Part shown: positions 11,781-24,555 of the stretch, piece after piece
How positions within the stretch are numbered: position 1 is the first letter of the stretch
Layout: each line of letters begins with the position of its first letter
Source: Sphyrna mokarran
Taxonomy: Eukaryota
DNA: 64,000 bases
NCBI GenBank assembly: GCA_024679065.1
Contig: JAGIQG010000017.1
Span: forward strand, 50,220,001-50,284,000
Direction of reading: 5' to 3'
Translations under genes and position numbers: made by a program
Notes under the pieces: model-generated
What the model was told of the DNA's origin: nothing
The model's database searches: none
What the model saw: the letters and a program-made list of their open reading frames with translations, nothing else

Positions 11781-12499
11781 TAGATAGAATGAAAAGACTG
11801 CTTATTTGGGTTGGGATTACCTGCAACTTGACCCTTATGCAGTTAGAGAAAGGCATGGCTAATGGCAAAATCAAATTCAGATAAAATGGGGCTTCAACTC
11901 TGCTAATTTTTATTTTGTTCTTCATCTGTAATTTGCAATTTTAGAGTACCACTATTGATCTGTTGACACAATCCAATACATGCTACGCAAATAAAATTTA
12001 ATCCAGTGTCATCCATACTGCAGAGTGCAGTGCATATGCTGCAGACATCCAATTAACACAGACGGTAAATGAAAGCCTGAAGCTTTGGGGGAAAAAAAAT
12101 ACAGGAAAGACAATTTTGGTTTTCAGGCACCTTTCCAGCGGCTGAAACTCTTGCTTTGATACATCACATTTTGAGTAAGAGTAATTTCAGTAATAACTGT
12201 GTGGGCTGCGAACATAGATTTTCCAGAACTGATAAAGATAGGTCATGAGGCAGCTTCTTAATGTCTATAATGCATTCAAATTAACTTTAACTATCTTCTC
12301 TCCTTTAAGACATATCAATTTTAAGACAGGTGTGAGCATGAAAGTTAAACAACCCACAGTGACATGGTGAACAGACCAGCAGGTAGTAATTTGCACATTT
12401 TAATTCAGTTCAGGTCTCAGTGGAGGAGGCTATCTGAGCAACAAATGGTATGGAGGTCTGCAACACAGATGGAAATTCCAAAGCCATCATCCAACATGC

Positions 12500-12805
12500 T
12501 CGGCATGGTGGCACAATGGTTAACACTGTTACCTCACAGAGCGAGGTTCTGGTTCAGTGTTCAATTCCAACCTTGTCTGTGTGAGGTCTGTGTGGATTTC
12601 CTCCAGTTTCTTCCCACAGTCCAAGGATGTACAGGTTAGGTGGACAGACCAAACTATCCCTTTGTGTCCAAAGGTGAGTAGGTTAGGGGGTAATGGCATG
12701 ATAAACATGTGGGGTTACAGGAATTGGGGCCAGATGTCTGTCAGAGACTTGGTGTAGACTCAATGGGCTGAATGGCTTCCTCCTTCACTGTAGCGATTCT
12801 ATAAT
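12500..12805 (+). mobile_element. HE1-type V-SINE
   Basis: Head, V domain and CR1 tail gggctgaatggcttcctccttcactgtag. Confidence 0.85.
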
Positions 12806-12821
12806 TCCAACAGGACGAAGG

Positions 12822-13113
12822 ACAGAGGTGGTGGCATTGTGTCGCTGGATTAGAAACTCGGAGAGCCAGGGTAACACTCTGGGGATGAGGGTTCCAATTC
12901 CACCATAGCTGATGATGGAATTTGAATTCAACAGGAATCTGGAAACTATAGTCAATTTTAACAATCCATTGATGTCCTTCAGGGAAGTTCAGGTCTACAT
13001 TTAAGTCCAGATCCACAACAATGTGGCTGATTCTGAAGTAACCAAACAAGCCACCCAGTTAGTTCACCACCACTTTCTCAATTAGGAATGGCAATAAATT
13101 TTGACTCTCCAGC
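12822..13113 (+). mobile_element. SINE family C (degenerate)
   Basis: gggttccaattccaccatagctgatgatggaatttgaattc body matches 7350-7693. Confidence 0.75.
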
Positions 13114-13812
13114 CTGTTTAAAACAATTAAACACCTTCCAGCTTCCAGTAGATTTTCAGTCATTTCAATCTCAACAAACCTTTCCTCCTTCCATCTCCAG
13201 AATATGGGAAAAGTTCTCTTAGGAATAGAACACCATTCCCCCGAAATATGTCCACATTCTCGGATTAGTTCTCCATTCTTTCCATTTTCCAGAATGTTGG
13301 AATAACTTCCGTTGCAGTGGAAATTTGTGATTTTTTTTTAAAACTTATTGAACCCGGGGAGATTTTGGTTTAAAACAGAAAGTATAGGTAAATTCAGGGA
13401 TTACCTGTTTGTGCCCCAAGTGACAAGATAGAGTGAGATACTGTTATTTTCCATGGAGAACAAAAATGCTAAACAGATGCAATCCACTGGAAAATTACGT
13501 TCTGTTCAGTCAGGCATTTCACATAAAATAAAGCAGTTTGTTGGTTTACAATTAGCCACATCTCAGTACATACAGTGCTAATCTGTCTGCCTTCCAAAGG
13601 ACAGCAGAAATACATGCACCAACACAAGCAAGATCACAGGGCGCAGTACAGACAACGTGAGGACTTGTTACAGCCTGTGAGCGACACTACCAATTTATCT
13701 GATGTTGAGCGACAGCAGCAATCATAAGCAATTCACAAACTGACTGACCAGAGACAGAAATACACAGCGTGGATCCAAAAAACAGAGATGGAAGGTAGAA
13801 AAAAAAACTTAC

Positions 13813-13817
13813 CAGGG
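13813..13817 (-). other. Candidate 5-nt microexon (CCCTG) of an unidentified minus-strand gene
   Basis: Minus strand cactgAt..ttgtttcttcctttag|CCCTG|gtaagt, with TGCATG motifs at 13853-13858 and 13613-13618 in repeat-free flanks. Confidence 0.4.
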
Positions 13818-14199
13818 CTAAAGGAAGAAACAACCAACCAAAATCAGTGGAACATGCAATCAAACTTTCAAAGGTGATCTCGAGAATGTTTGTTTGCGCA
13901 CAAGGAAAGCACCAATGCACTGGCTAACATATCTTTCTTCAGCTAAATTAACTAAACAAAAATGACCATTCAGTAGATCAAAGCTACTAAATGAGAAAAT
14001 GCAGTGCCCACAAAGTTTGAGCATATGTCTTACAGAAAGTTCACCCCAGGGTGGGGTGGCTTTATTGACTCAGTTTGAGAGAGATTGCAATATGCTGCTA
14101 TTGCATCCAGCTTTATACCACATTGGACCTGGGAGCTCTTCATGTTAGCATAGAGTACAGAAGTCAGCAAAATTCTTAACTTTGATCTCTTCAATTTGA

Positions 14200-14550
14200 T
14201 TTTTTTTATTCATTCGTGGGACGTGGACATCACTGGCTGACCAGCATTTATTGGCCATCCCTTGAAACTGAGCGACTTGCTCGGCCATTTCAGAGCAGCC
14301 AACAGTACTGTGGTTCTGGATTCACATATAGGCCGGGCCGAGTAAAGATGACAGATTTCCTTTCCTAAGGTGAATGAAATAAGTATTTCCGACAATGGGT
14401 TTGTGGTCATCAGTTGATTCTTAATTTCAGATTTTTTTTATATTGAATACAAATTCCACCATCTGCCGTGGCGGGATTCGAACCCGGGTCCACATAACAT
14501 TAGCTAGATTAACAATCTAGCAATCGTACTACTAGGCTGTCGCTTCCCCA
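14200..14550 (-). mobile_element. SINE family C (full length)
   Basis: Reverse complement with B-box gggttcgaatccc and tail cccacgaatgaataaaaaa. Confidence 0.85.
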
Positions 14551-15659
14551 ATATTGTAGGACACAAGAAAAATTGTTCCAGTGGACAAAGACAAATACTA
14601 ATCATTGGACTGATTAATACCAATCAGGGCTTTAACCAACAACTTTCAGGTGTGCAGTCACATCAAGACAAGCACATACCAATTCACAAAAAATGTAGTG
14701 AATTCTCTTTTGAGCATCTCAATAGTCATCTAAAATATTGCCATACTCTGGTTGCAATTATTGTGTCAATACATTAGACTCGATCCTCGAGCATAGAATC
14801 CTTGTGGGATTACCTTATAGAATAACGAGAAATTTTCCTGTATTATAAAAGATATTGGTATATCCTCATCGGTTATCTTCTTGTGTAAATAATTCAGACT
14901 TAAAACAAAAACTACTTCGATAACACAGAACACGAATTCCATTTTGAAAGCACACTACAAGAATCCATAACGCTTGATATAGCAGAACTGGAGCTGATGT
15001 CAGATTTGCAATTTTTCATAATTACTTTAATTCTTTTCAATACATGCCCTGTGATCTGCTAACACCATGGTCAAAGTTGCGCTGTTAGTGGTACTGGTTG
15101 TAAGAGGAAAGAAAATGTTTCCCTTGAATATAAATGTTTCAAAGCAGCACTGTCTAATTCTCAATCTGAAATCTTTTGCAACCGCACAAAATTAAAGAGG
15201 AGAATTTTTTTTTAAAAAAAAACATTAAGCACGAATATGTGACGCGGATAGGTGTTTGGTTTGCACACGGATCACAGTGCACGCAAACCTCGCGAAGACA
15301 ATTGAAGAAATACTCCAGGGCGAGTCCGGAACAGATTTATCCTTAAGCAATCATCCCAAAATAAATCACCATCCAATTAAAGGAATAGTTATTTACAATA
15401 ATTATCTAGTTAACTTAAAAGGAGAGATTCCCCACGAGGTCAGACAAACTCTAATTGATGGAGTCCGAATCCCCTGGTGCCCTTGAGTAAATGCAGCGTG
15501 TAATGTGGTACAAATGTTCTGATCTGCACATCCAAAAATGCAGAATTTTCTTTTTAAAATGATATATATCAGAATGGTCTGAATTAACAATTCTAATTCA
15601 TTATTTCATGACAAACTCTCCCCAACTGTTGTTCTTCATAGACACTCCCTTGTTTCCCT

Positions 15660-15932
15660 CCCCTCGCAGCACCAGGGATTCAGGTTTGATTCCCAGCTTG
15701 GGTTATTGTCTGTGCAGATCTGAACATTCCCCTTGTGTCTGCACAGGTTTCCTCTGGGTGCTCCGGTTTCCCTTCACAGTCTGAAAGGCATGCTCGCTAG
15801 GTGCATTGGCCATGCTAAATTCTCCCCTTAGTGTACACAAACAGGCGCCAGAGAATGACAACTAGGGATTTTCACAGTAATTTCATTGCAGTGTTTACGT
15901 AAGCCTACTTGTGACACTAATGAATAAACTTC
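15660..15932 (+). mobile_element. V-SINE family B
   Basis: V domain plus tail gtgacactaatgaataaactt. Confidence 0.85.
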
Positions 15933-15999
15933 AAACACAGGCATTCCCACTGGTATCCACAGAGATGCGTCTGAACCCAGTGATGCAACTTGCTTTTCT

Positions 16000-16345
16000 G
16001 TTTTCTCTCTCATCTCTTTTGGCCAGTATTTGTTGTCCATCTCTTATTGTTGTTGAACAAACTGGCTTGCTTGGCCAGCGGCAGTTAAGAGTCAACCACA
16101 TTCCTGTGGGTTTGGAGTCACATGTAGAACAGACCAGTGAAGGAAGTCTACCATCTTTGCATTAGCTAATTAAATAAGTTTGTAGTCTCATGGTCACCAT
16201 TACTGAGACAAGCTTCCAGTTCAAAATTTTGTTAACTGAATTCCAATTTAGCCATCTTCCATTGTGAGGTTTGAATCTATGATCCCAGAGTTTAACCTAG
16301 ACCTCTGATTACTAGTTCACTGCTACACCACCTCTACCTCCTTTG
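16000..16345 (-). mobile_element. SINE family C (degenerate)
   Basis: gcagttaagagtcaaccacatt..tggagtcacatgtag motif. Confidence 0.75.
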
Positions 16346-16879
16346 GGTGCTTTCATTACAAGGTGCGAGAATCACTGCAAACGGAAACTTGACCATCTCT
16401 TGTCTGAGGTAGCAAATGGAAGTTGTATGTGTTTGTAGATAACACGTGGCCCAATGATCTCCTGGACTGAATTCAGTTCTCTGAAAAGTGGAGAAAAATT
16501 TTCCAGAGTATTTTTCCCATTGTTGGTATGGGAGCCTTCACAGTTTTATTGCCAGGAGCTTGCATGGCTGTGGGGAGAGAAAGGGGAGGTAGGAAGTGTT
16601 CACATGTGATGCTCCAGTGTGGCACTGGCTTTATGGAGCAGCTGGTCTTTTCCATCTGTTCATTGCGGCGAGAATCTCCAATCTGCTTTTTCCCTATCAT
16701 AGACTGCTCTTGATGCAATGTGGCTTCAGAATGGGAGATGAGAAAGGGCAGGGACAATCAATCAGCTGACTTATAGCAACAAACAGGGAAAGGCACAGAC
16801 TCTGTATTGATTAGTCTGTGCCATCATAAGATATGAAGACTACGTATATATTCAAGATAGAATCACTGGAATAAATTGA

Positions 16880-17570
16880 TGTACTGCCTTTTACAACACA
16901 TTCCAAGACTCTTTACAGAGAATTAGGGAAATGGATGTTAGCAATGCAGAAGAGGCAAGAAGTCTAAGAGCTCAGTCAAAATTGTAGCTTTGGAGGAGAT
17001 TTTGAAATTAAGGTGCAGGGAAATTGAGGGATTTGGACAGGAAGTCTGAGTATCTGTCATCATGAAGGAGCATGAAATGGTGCAGGAGCTGCAGAATGGG
17101 AAGTCAGGAGAAAGGCTACTTCGGAGAAGCTTCGCCGGATTGATCCCTGGGATAAAGGGGTCATCTTGCGAGGAAAGCTTGAGCTCACATTCGAGTTTAG
17201 GAAAACAAGTGATGATATTATCAAAACACAAAGGATTTTGAGGAGGGGCTTGCTGGGAATGTGTTCCCCCTCACAGGGAATCTAGAACAAGGGAGCACAA
17301 TTTCATTTTGAATGCTCTTAAGATAAAAACAACAGACATGGGTGGGTTTTAGGAGGATAGAGGTGAATAACTGGGGAGAAACGTTGAAATGAAAGAAGGG
17401 GTTTAAATTGGATGCATTGAGTGCTGTGTGCCATCAAGATTTAGTGCAAGATTGGATGAAGAGAATTGCAGAGAGCAGTAAAGTCAAGAGATGGTGGCCA
17501 GAAAACAAAATGTTGCAGGGTTGGTAGATGGGAAGGATTTGGGATATGAAGCTGAGTGGAGACTCAGTTT
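16880..17570 (-). mobile_element. Old L2-like fragments with an internal CR1 piece (+, ~17110-17300)
   Basis: Purine-rich decayed L2 antisense pattern; internal tgatccctgggataaaggggtcatcttgcgaggaaag CR1 motif. Confidence 0.4.
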
Positions 17571-17862
17571 ATGCTTATTTATTTATGTCACAAGTCAGCT
17601 TAAATTAACAGTGCAATGAAGTTACTGTGAAAATCCCCTGGTCGCCTCACTCTGGCACCTGTTCAGGTACATGGAGGGAGAATTTAACATGGTCAACCCA
17701 TCTAATCAGCATGTCTTTTGGACTATGGGAGAAAACCAGAGCATCCAGAAGAAACCCATGCATACATGGAGAGAAAGTGCCACCTCCACACAGACAGTGA
17801 CCAAACTGGGAATCAAACTGGACTGCTGATGCTGTGAGGCAGCAGTGCTAACCACTGCTGAT
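17565..17862 (-). mobile_element. V-SINE family B
   Basis: Tail, V domain and head on the reverse strand. Confidence 0.85.
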
Positions 17863-18199
17863 CCATCCTGATACCAGAAATTAAGGAATTTTGTATAGCC
17901 TGAGGGAGAGGCTAGAGAGGGAGGATGGCCTAATTAGGTGAACAGACAAGATTAAGGCAGATGTTGAATAGGGTGGTCTTGTTGTCTCAATCTATACGAA
18001 GCAGCGCTGCAAATTGGTACATGGGAATGGGGGATCTAGCAACCTCAGCAGAGTATTTATTGCATATCAGTTGTCAAATCTATGGGCTTGCTTCTGATGC
18101 CTACAATTTTTGTCTGGGCAAAACCTCGTCAATAGTCACTCGGGAGCAGGTAATGCAACAAAGTTGGTCGTTATGGGATTATACCCTTCAGAACGCAAA

Positions 18200-19175
18200 G
18201 GAAGAGAAATGGCAGAATTAACTTTTCAAATTAATAGAATTTGGTTTGAAATGTGTGCACTTTTTTCCAAATGATTTTTTTTTAAATGGGGAGAGTTTAG
18301 ACGGAGGTAACTGCAGGAGCAAGTCATTTTATTTGTTCAGTGTGCTACTGAGGTACACTTCACCTGGGCATTGCATTCAGTTGTGAGCACCACACCTTAG
18401 GGGCATACACTAGCCCTGGAGCAGCTGCAGCCAAAATTCACCAGCATCACACGAGGGAGCAAAGGGAAAATTCATGAGAAATGTTTGCATGGACGAGGCT
18501 GATGTTCCCTTGAGTATAAATAGATTAAGAATGATCTAATTAAAACGCTTAAGATGATTAAAGGAATCGACAGCGTAGGTAAAGAGAAATTATTTCCTCT
18601 GGTACACAATGGGAAGAGAGAGAGGGTAGACGAGGGAAACATTAAAATTAGTGCTGGCCCATTCAGAGACAGTACAAAGGGTACTGGAAATCTGCAATTG
18701 TTTCTCTCACAAAGCTGAGACCAAGTCAATTAATACTTTTGTTTTGTTAGACAGGGGTATTGAGGGATGTGGAAGCAAGCAGGGTGGATGGAAGATATGG
18801 TGGCAGAGTGGTTTAGACTGCTGCCTTATAGCTTCAGGGACCTGGGTTTGATTCCCGGCTTGGGCCACTGTCCGTGTGTAGTTTGCACATTCTCCTTGTG
18901 TCTGCGTGGGTTTCCTCCCACACTCCAAAGATGTGCAAGTTAGGTTGATTGGCCATGCTAAATTGTCCTTTTGTTTCAGGCGATTAGCGTGGTAAATGGA
19001 TGGGATTAAGGGTATGTGGCCTGAGTGGGATTGTGGTTGGTGCAGACTCGATGGGCCAAATGGCCACCTTCTGCACTGTAGAGTTCTATGGAGTTAAAAT
19101 ACAGGCCAATCAAATCTAATTGAATGATGAAAAAGGTTCAAGGGTCTAAATGACCGACTATTGTTCCCTTGGTTC
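18200..19175 (+). mobile_element. Old CR1 3' region interrupted by an HE1 SINE
   Basis: cacctgggcattgcattcagttgtgagcaccacac (HLEYC.QFW.PH-like) motif; tail resumes at ~19092-19175. Confidence 0.65.
18795..19090 (+). mobile_element. HE1-type V-SINE
   Basis: Head, V domain and CR1 tail. Confidence 0.88.
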
Positions 19176-19334
19176 CCAATTACTTTGAGGAAAGTTTCTT
19201 AGATCTCTTTAACAGTTGAAGATGCTTGCTTAACCATAGTCAGGGCCAGATCAGTTTTCCTCTAAGATCACCTCCATTGCTGTTACCTGCTTGACATTCC
19301 ATTCAAGCCATTTAGCACAAGCTCTCCTTTAAAA

Positions 19335-19520
19335 TTCATTTGGATTTATTATTGTCACATGTATTAACACACAGTATAACAAACTATACAGACAAAACTT
19401 GTCGCTCATAAAGTCCATAGCAGAGAAGGAAAGGAAAAGGTGCAGAATATTGGGTTACAGTCATAGCTCGGGTGTAGATGAAGTTCATTATGAGAGAGTT
19501 TAAGAGTCAGAGAACAGTTT
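19335..19520 (-). mobile_element. Rex1/Babar tail fragment
   Basis: gatttattattgtcacatgtatta..gaaggaaaggaaaaggtgcagaatat is the reverse complement of the tail at ~3300-3425. Confidence 0.75.
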
Positions 19521-19645
19521 TTAAAAGTACAGAACAAGAGTAAAATGCATTTTTCAGAAAAGACTAAATCTTCCTCCCAAAAAAACTTCAACCTACACGT
19601 TTACATTCTGCCGAAGTCAAACAATTGGTTAGAATGAATTGCTTA

Positions 19646-19790
19646 CATAGAACATAGAACATTACAGCACAGAACAGGCCCTTCAGCCTTATATATACCT
19701 TATCCATATTTACCACATCAACTGCCATACCCCCATCCACCTCTTTGGTCACTTTTTCAAAAAACTCAATGAGGTTAGTAAGGCACGAAA
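19646..19790 (-). mobile_element. Internally deleted CR1 (3' tail fused to RT N-terminal segment)
   Basis: catagaacatagaac tail adjacent to sequence encoding SCLTNLIEFFEKVTKEVDGGMAVDVVNMD. Confidence 0.75.
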
Positions 19791-20014
19791 ATATAAAGGA
19801 TACAGACAACTCTTCCTGTTAATTCAGTGACATCACACCATTACATCATCCGTATATGCAAAAGCTACTGCCCAGATTTAGAATATTATCTAAAATTATA
19901 CCACTGAAGCAATACAATATTCAACATTTGTCTTAAGGACCATGACACAAAACAAAGACAAAACATGCTTTGCAGGTCAGTCAGTGACTATGGAGAAAAC
20001 AGACACATTAACAC

Positions 20015-20470
20015 AGAAGGATGTGCTGGCCTTGGACAAGATCCAGAAGAGGTTCATGAGAATGATCCCAAGAATGGAACTGAGAAGGATGAGAGGATCT
20101 CATTAAAACTGACAGAATACTGAAAGGCCTAGATGGAGAGGACGTGGGGAAAATGTTTCCATTAGTCGAAGAGACTGGAGTCCAAGGGCACAGCCTCAGA
20201 GTGAAGAGGCAACCCTTTAGAACCGAGGTGAGGAGGAATTTCTTCGGCCAGAATGGTGAATCTATGGAATTCATCGCCACAGAAAACTGCAGAATACAAC
20301 TCACGGAGTGTATTTGAGACAAAGAAAGATAGGTTCTTGATTGGTAAGAAGATCACAAGTTACAGAGAAAAGACAGGAGAATGGGGTTGTGAAATCTATT
20401 AGCCAAGACTGAATGGTGGAGCAGGCTCAATGGGCCAATGGCCTAAATCTGTTCCTATATCTTGTGATCT
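20015..20470 (+). mobile_element. CR1 3' fragment
   Basis: KDVLALDKIQKRFMRMIP-type coding remnant with tail gggccaatggcctaaatctgttcctatatcttgtga. Confidence 0.8.
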
Positions 20471-20569
20471 TAACATTGCAGTTCTAGATCCTCAACCAGA
20501 ATAGAACTTTGTCGCTGATATTCTCTTTCCGTTCTGATGAAGGGGCTTTGGCTCAAAAGGATTAAATAA

Positions 20570-20965
20570 CGAATGCAAGTTGCATATATCGGGCTGTATT
20601 TCCTTGAATGTGCAACAGTAAGGGGCGTTTAAGATGACTAAACGATTTGAGAAAGTAGATCAAGAGAAACCATTTCCCCTGGTGGCTGGGACCAGCACAA
20701 TGAGGCAAATATGTTAAAATCTGAGCCAGGTCATTCAGAGACAATGCCACAAAACACTTTTTCACACTAAGAGGCTGTGGAAATCTGGAGAAATCAAAAA
20801 GCTCTGTCAATTGAAAATGTCAAAACTGAGATTCGCAGGCTGTTATTAAGAGCTAAGGAACCAAGGTAGGCAAATGGTGTTGTGATGTAAATTAGCCATT
20901 ATCTAATTGAATGGTGGCACCAGGCTCGAGGGGTGAACTGACCTCCTTCTGTCCCTGTGTTCTGA
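20570..20965 (+). mobile_element. Older CR1 3' fragment
   Basis: gccattatctaattgaatggtggcaccaggctcgaggggtgaactgacctccttctgtccctgtgttc tail. Confidence 0.65.
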
Positions 20966-21789
20966 AACAGGATCCATCCACAAGGCAATAACATATGTTC
21001 TTTTTCGAAAAATCACCTCAAGTATTCTTTACAACGTCTTAAGATAAAGCCTCAGGTGAATCAGATGTGTACAGTATGGTTTATTATAATGGTCTGCAGT
21101 CTCCAAGTTTTTATTTCAGGGAGACATGTCACAAAAAGAAGGTTAATCTCAAATACCACACTGTGTTCTGTGTCCTTTAGGCTGCCGATCACTAAAATAT
21201 CTGTATCTTTTTATTCTTGTGCTGTCAATCAATATGATCAAAAACACAATCACAGCTAGATCGCTGTCATTTAAAAAAAACACAACATATTATGTTTTGT
21301 CGTTGAGTCCACAGTGTTTCAAGACTCCAATACGCACCCTAAAAACACACAATTCACCTCATTCCAAAAGCAGCATCTTAAATTCCTGATCAACAGGAAT
21401 GTGCCCTTTACCTTCTCCTCATTGTTAGCTTTCATTTTGTGCTATGTAGAACGAGCAGTTTCCATTTCAAAGCCGAGCTTTCTTATCAACAATAAACTAA
21501 AGCTAACAATGTGTTTTTATCACTGTCCCAGCAAAGAGCTGGCACCTAAAGGAGATTCAGTACAGGACAAAAATGGCACTCATGCAAGCAGCACTAAAGA
21601 CTTGGAGTGTTCAACTGATCTGTGTTTGATTTTGAAGACTGATCTACACTCACTGTGCTTCCCTGGGTGTGGATTCTGAGCAAAGTGAACATGCATCACA
21701 GAAGCTATTAGAAGCTGCATGGTAAACATGAGTGCAGATATTTGGTGACTGCAGAAATATTTTAAAAACTCTTGTTAATAAGATGTATG

Positions 21790-22075
21790 GCATTGTCTCT
21801 TCATTTCTCTCAAATGTATGAAACATACATTTTTCACGTGGTTGCGTGGGTTTTCTCCGGGCACTCCGGTTTCCTCCCACAACCCAAAAATTCGCTCTTA
21901 GGCTGATTGGGAAACAATTTGTCCCTGTGGTGAGAATTTTCCATATTAGGAATAATATATATATTATTATATAGGAATATTAAAATAGGATAATGGATTT
22001 GGTACTATATAGTATGACGGCGGCGCGGGCTCGTTGGGCCGAAGGGCCTGTTTCCCGTGCTGTGTTGCTTAATAA
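21790..22075 (+). mobile_element. V-domain plus CR1-tail fragment related to the composite CR1 3' UTR
   Basis: gcgtgggttttctccgggcactccggtttcctcccaca..gctcttaggctgattgg and tail ggcggcgcgggctcgttgggccgaagggcctgtttcccgtgctgt, as at 30210-30420. Confidence 0.7.
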
Positions 22076-22439
22076 TAAAACAAAAATACACTAAAGGCCA
22101 TTGACATTTCTGTTGCCTTCCCCTCAAGTTTTTGTTGTCATCAGCTGAGTCAAGTGTGGTACTCGATGGTGACAGTTGTTGTACATACTGGTGTTTTTTC
22201 CTTACAGCCTCTCCACTTCCAACTCAATATTATGAACTTCTGTTTAACCAAATGTATTGACCATTAAAAATGGATTTCATTGCCACTTGGCGGGAGGCAA
22301 TTGTAACATAATCTGCCAGGAAGGAAGAGAATAGGTTCAGGTCAGAAATCCATTTTACATCCTACGGCATCCATCTTCAACCCACCTCATTGACGTTGGG
22401 CAGACTAATTACACCAATGGGAATGAAGCATACAGCCAC

Positions 22440-22805
22440 AGAATTCCTGTCGTGCAGAAGAAGCCATTCAGCCCATCCAATCTGCACCTATTCTCCAAAA
22501 GCGGACCTTAGTTAGACCCACCCTCCCATCCAATCCCCTAACCCCACGTATTTGCCATGGCTAATCCATCTAACCTCCAAATCTTTAGACACCAAAAGGC
22601 AAGTTAACATGGCTATTCCACCTAACCTACACATCTTCAGAGTGTGGGAGGAAGTCAAAGCATCCGCAGGAAACTCAAGCAGACATGGAGAGAGCGAACA
22701 GATTCTACACAGTTCGGGAGAACATGCAATTGCCGCACAGACGGACAGTGACTCAAGGCTGTGAATGAAGCTGGGTCCTTGGTGCTGTGAGGTAACTGTG
22801 TCGCC
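22440..22805 (-). mobile_element. HE1-type V-SINE with a duplicated internal subunit
   Basis: Tail agaagccattcagccc, two atggc.a.tcca.ctaacct units, head end gctgtgaggtaactgtg. Confidence 0.75.
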
Positions 22806-24526
22806 CCAGGTTGGAGCAAATTACAGATTCATTGAAGGGACAGTTTGATATGCATATGAAGTAGAAAGGTTTCTGAAGTATAGACACTAGACCAGCTGTT
22901 TCTGTGCAGTAGAGTCATTGCAATTCTATGAAAAGAACAATCATGCACAAGTCATATTGTGTGTCAGGAAAGCAGACGGTGATAAAAGGCCATATGATTC
23001 AGCAAACCTCTTCCATCCATCCATCAATTAAATCTAACCTCCACCATCATGGAAACTTTTCTCCCTGATTCCCAATTAAGGTAAATGGAGCCAGATCTCT
23101 ATCCAGCCCTATCCTGTCTGTGCCCAATGGCTGACTCCATAGTCCCAAATGCGTGGGGTGCAGGGCGGCAGAGGGAGATTGCATGGGAGGAGGGCAGAGG
23201 GAGATGGGAGCAAGGGGGCTGTAGGTTCACAATCAGTCATTGCACTCAACATGTGCTGTATGTGACCCCCATGAATCAAAGACAGAGAAATTCTGAGCAA
23301 GTTCATGAATAGGAAATCAGAAGTTAAAAGTGTGATATTAGTAGCCAGTTTGGCATTAGCTATTGGTGAAATCCCTATGTAAAGATGATGTTAACACATC
23401 ACTTTTCAACAGGTTTTCAACAACTTAGTTAGCAGAGAACTATCCAAAAACTTGTAAGCTTGGAGTCACAGTGATCACACCCTTAGATATGAGAAGATTC
23501 TCCGCGACTGTCTAACCAAAAGTGGTCATCATTCCTTGCGGCACTGCGAGTCCAGAATGTTCCTTGTGGCTCTGAAAAGAAATATTGTTCTGCTGCAGAA
23601 TATTGGCAAAGGCCCAGAATTTTGATCATAATCGTGCTGCATTAATCTACAATATTCCAAAAGGAAATCACAGATAGGAAATGAAATAAAATCTTTTGTG
23701 ACAAATTACAGTTCTCAAGGGGTTAAGAAAAAAGGACCATAATACAAAGACCACACCCAACACTCGGCACAACAGATGGGGAGTTGTCCCTACATTATTA
23801 TCTACCTGTAAACACGAAGTATATTGATCAAAGGCAACTTTACTGGCAATCCAAGGTCATTATCTGAGTCATCCCTCTCTAAAGGAACACTTGAATTCCC
23901 TTGAACATGAGGTAAGTTTATACCTGTGGATTGGGTTCGTTAGCAGACTGAAGATCTTAGTTAGATCTCAAAAGCCAGACTGCACAGCAAGGAATACCAA
24001 AAGGGGTAAAAGGCCATCAGTTCCTCCCCACCAGCCCCTACCCACCTCAAATAAGATCGTTACAATACTGAATAGTCGTTAACCCATTAAATGCCAGGAA
24101 AACCACTTCCAATTTTCAAAATCTCCATCTTTTTTCCTTTGCACAGCATTTCATCACACCATTTTCCCCCCAGTTCAGCTTTAATAACAAAAATACTGCA
24201 GGAAATAATAACCAGCAAAAAAAGGTGATGAGAGAGAATGGAATAGTGACAGAGGCTGGAGAACAATATCCAGATTTGCTGGATTCTACACTGCTTTAAG
24301 TAATCAGTTAACAATTTTACCTTGTTTAAAAAAATAACATTACTGCCTTTGCCAGATCAATTTTTTTTAAAAAATCCAACAAAATCACAAATACATCTCC
24401 CCAGATTTAGATAGAGGGTTTTAACTCTTGGGTGACTTGAATATTTGCAAATCACAATCAAAGACAAAGACAGTTTAAGGCATTTTGGTTCCTCTGGTTT
24501 TTCTTCACAATAGCTCTCAAAGATGC

Positions 24527-24555
24527 GTGTGTGTGTGAGAGAGAGAGAGAGAGAA
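24527..24555. repeat. (TG)n(AG)n microsatellite
   Basis: gtgtgtgtgtgagagagagagagagaga. Confidence 0.8.
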
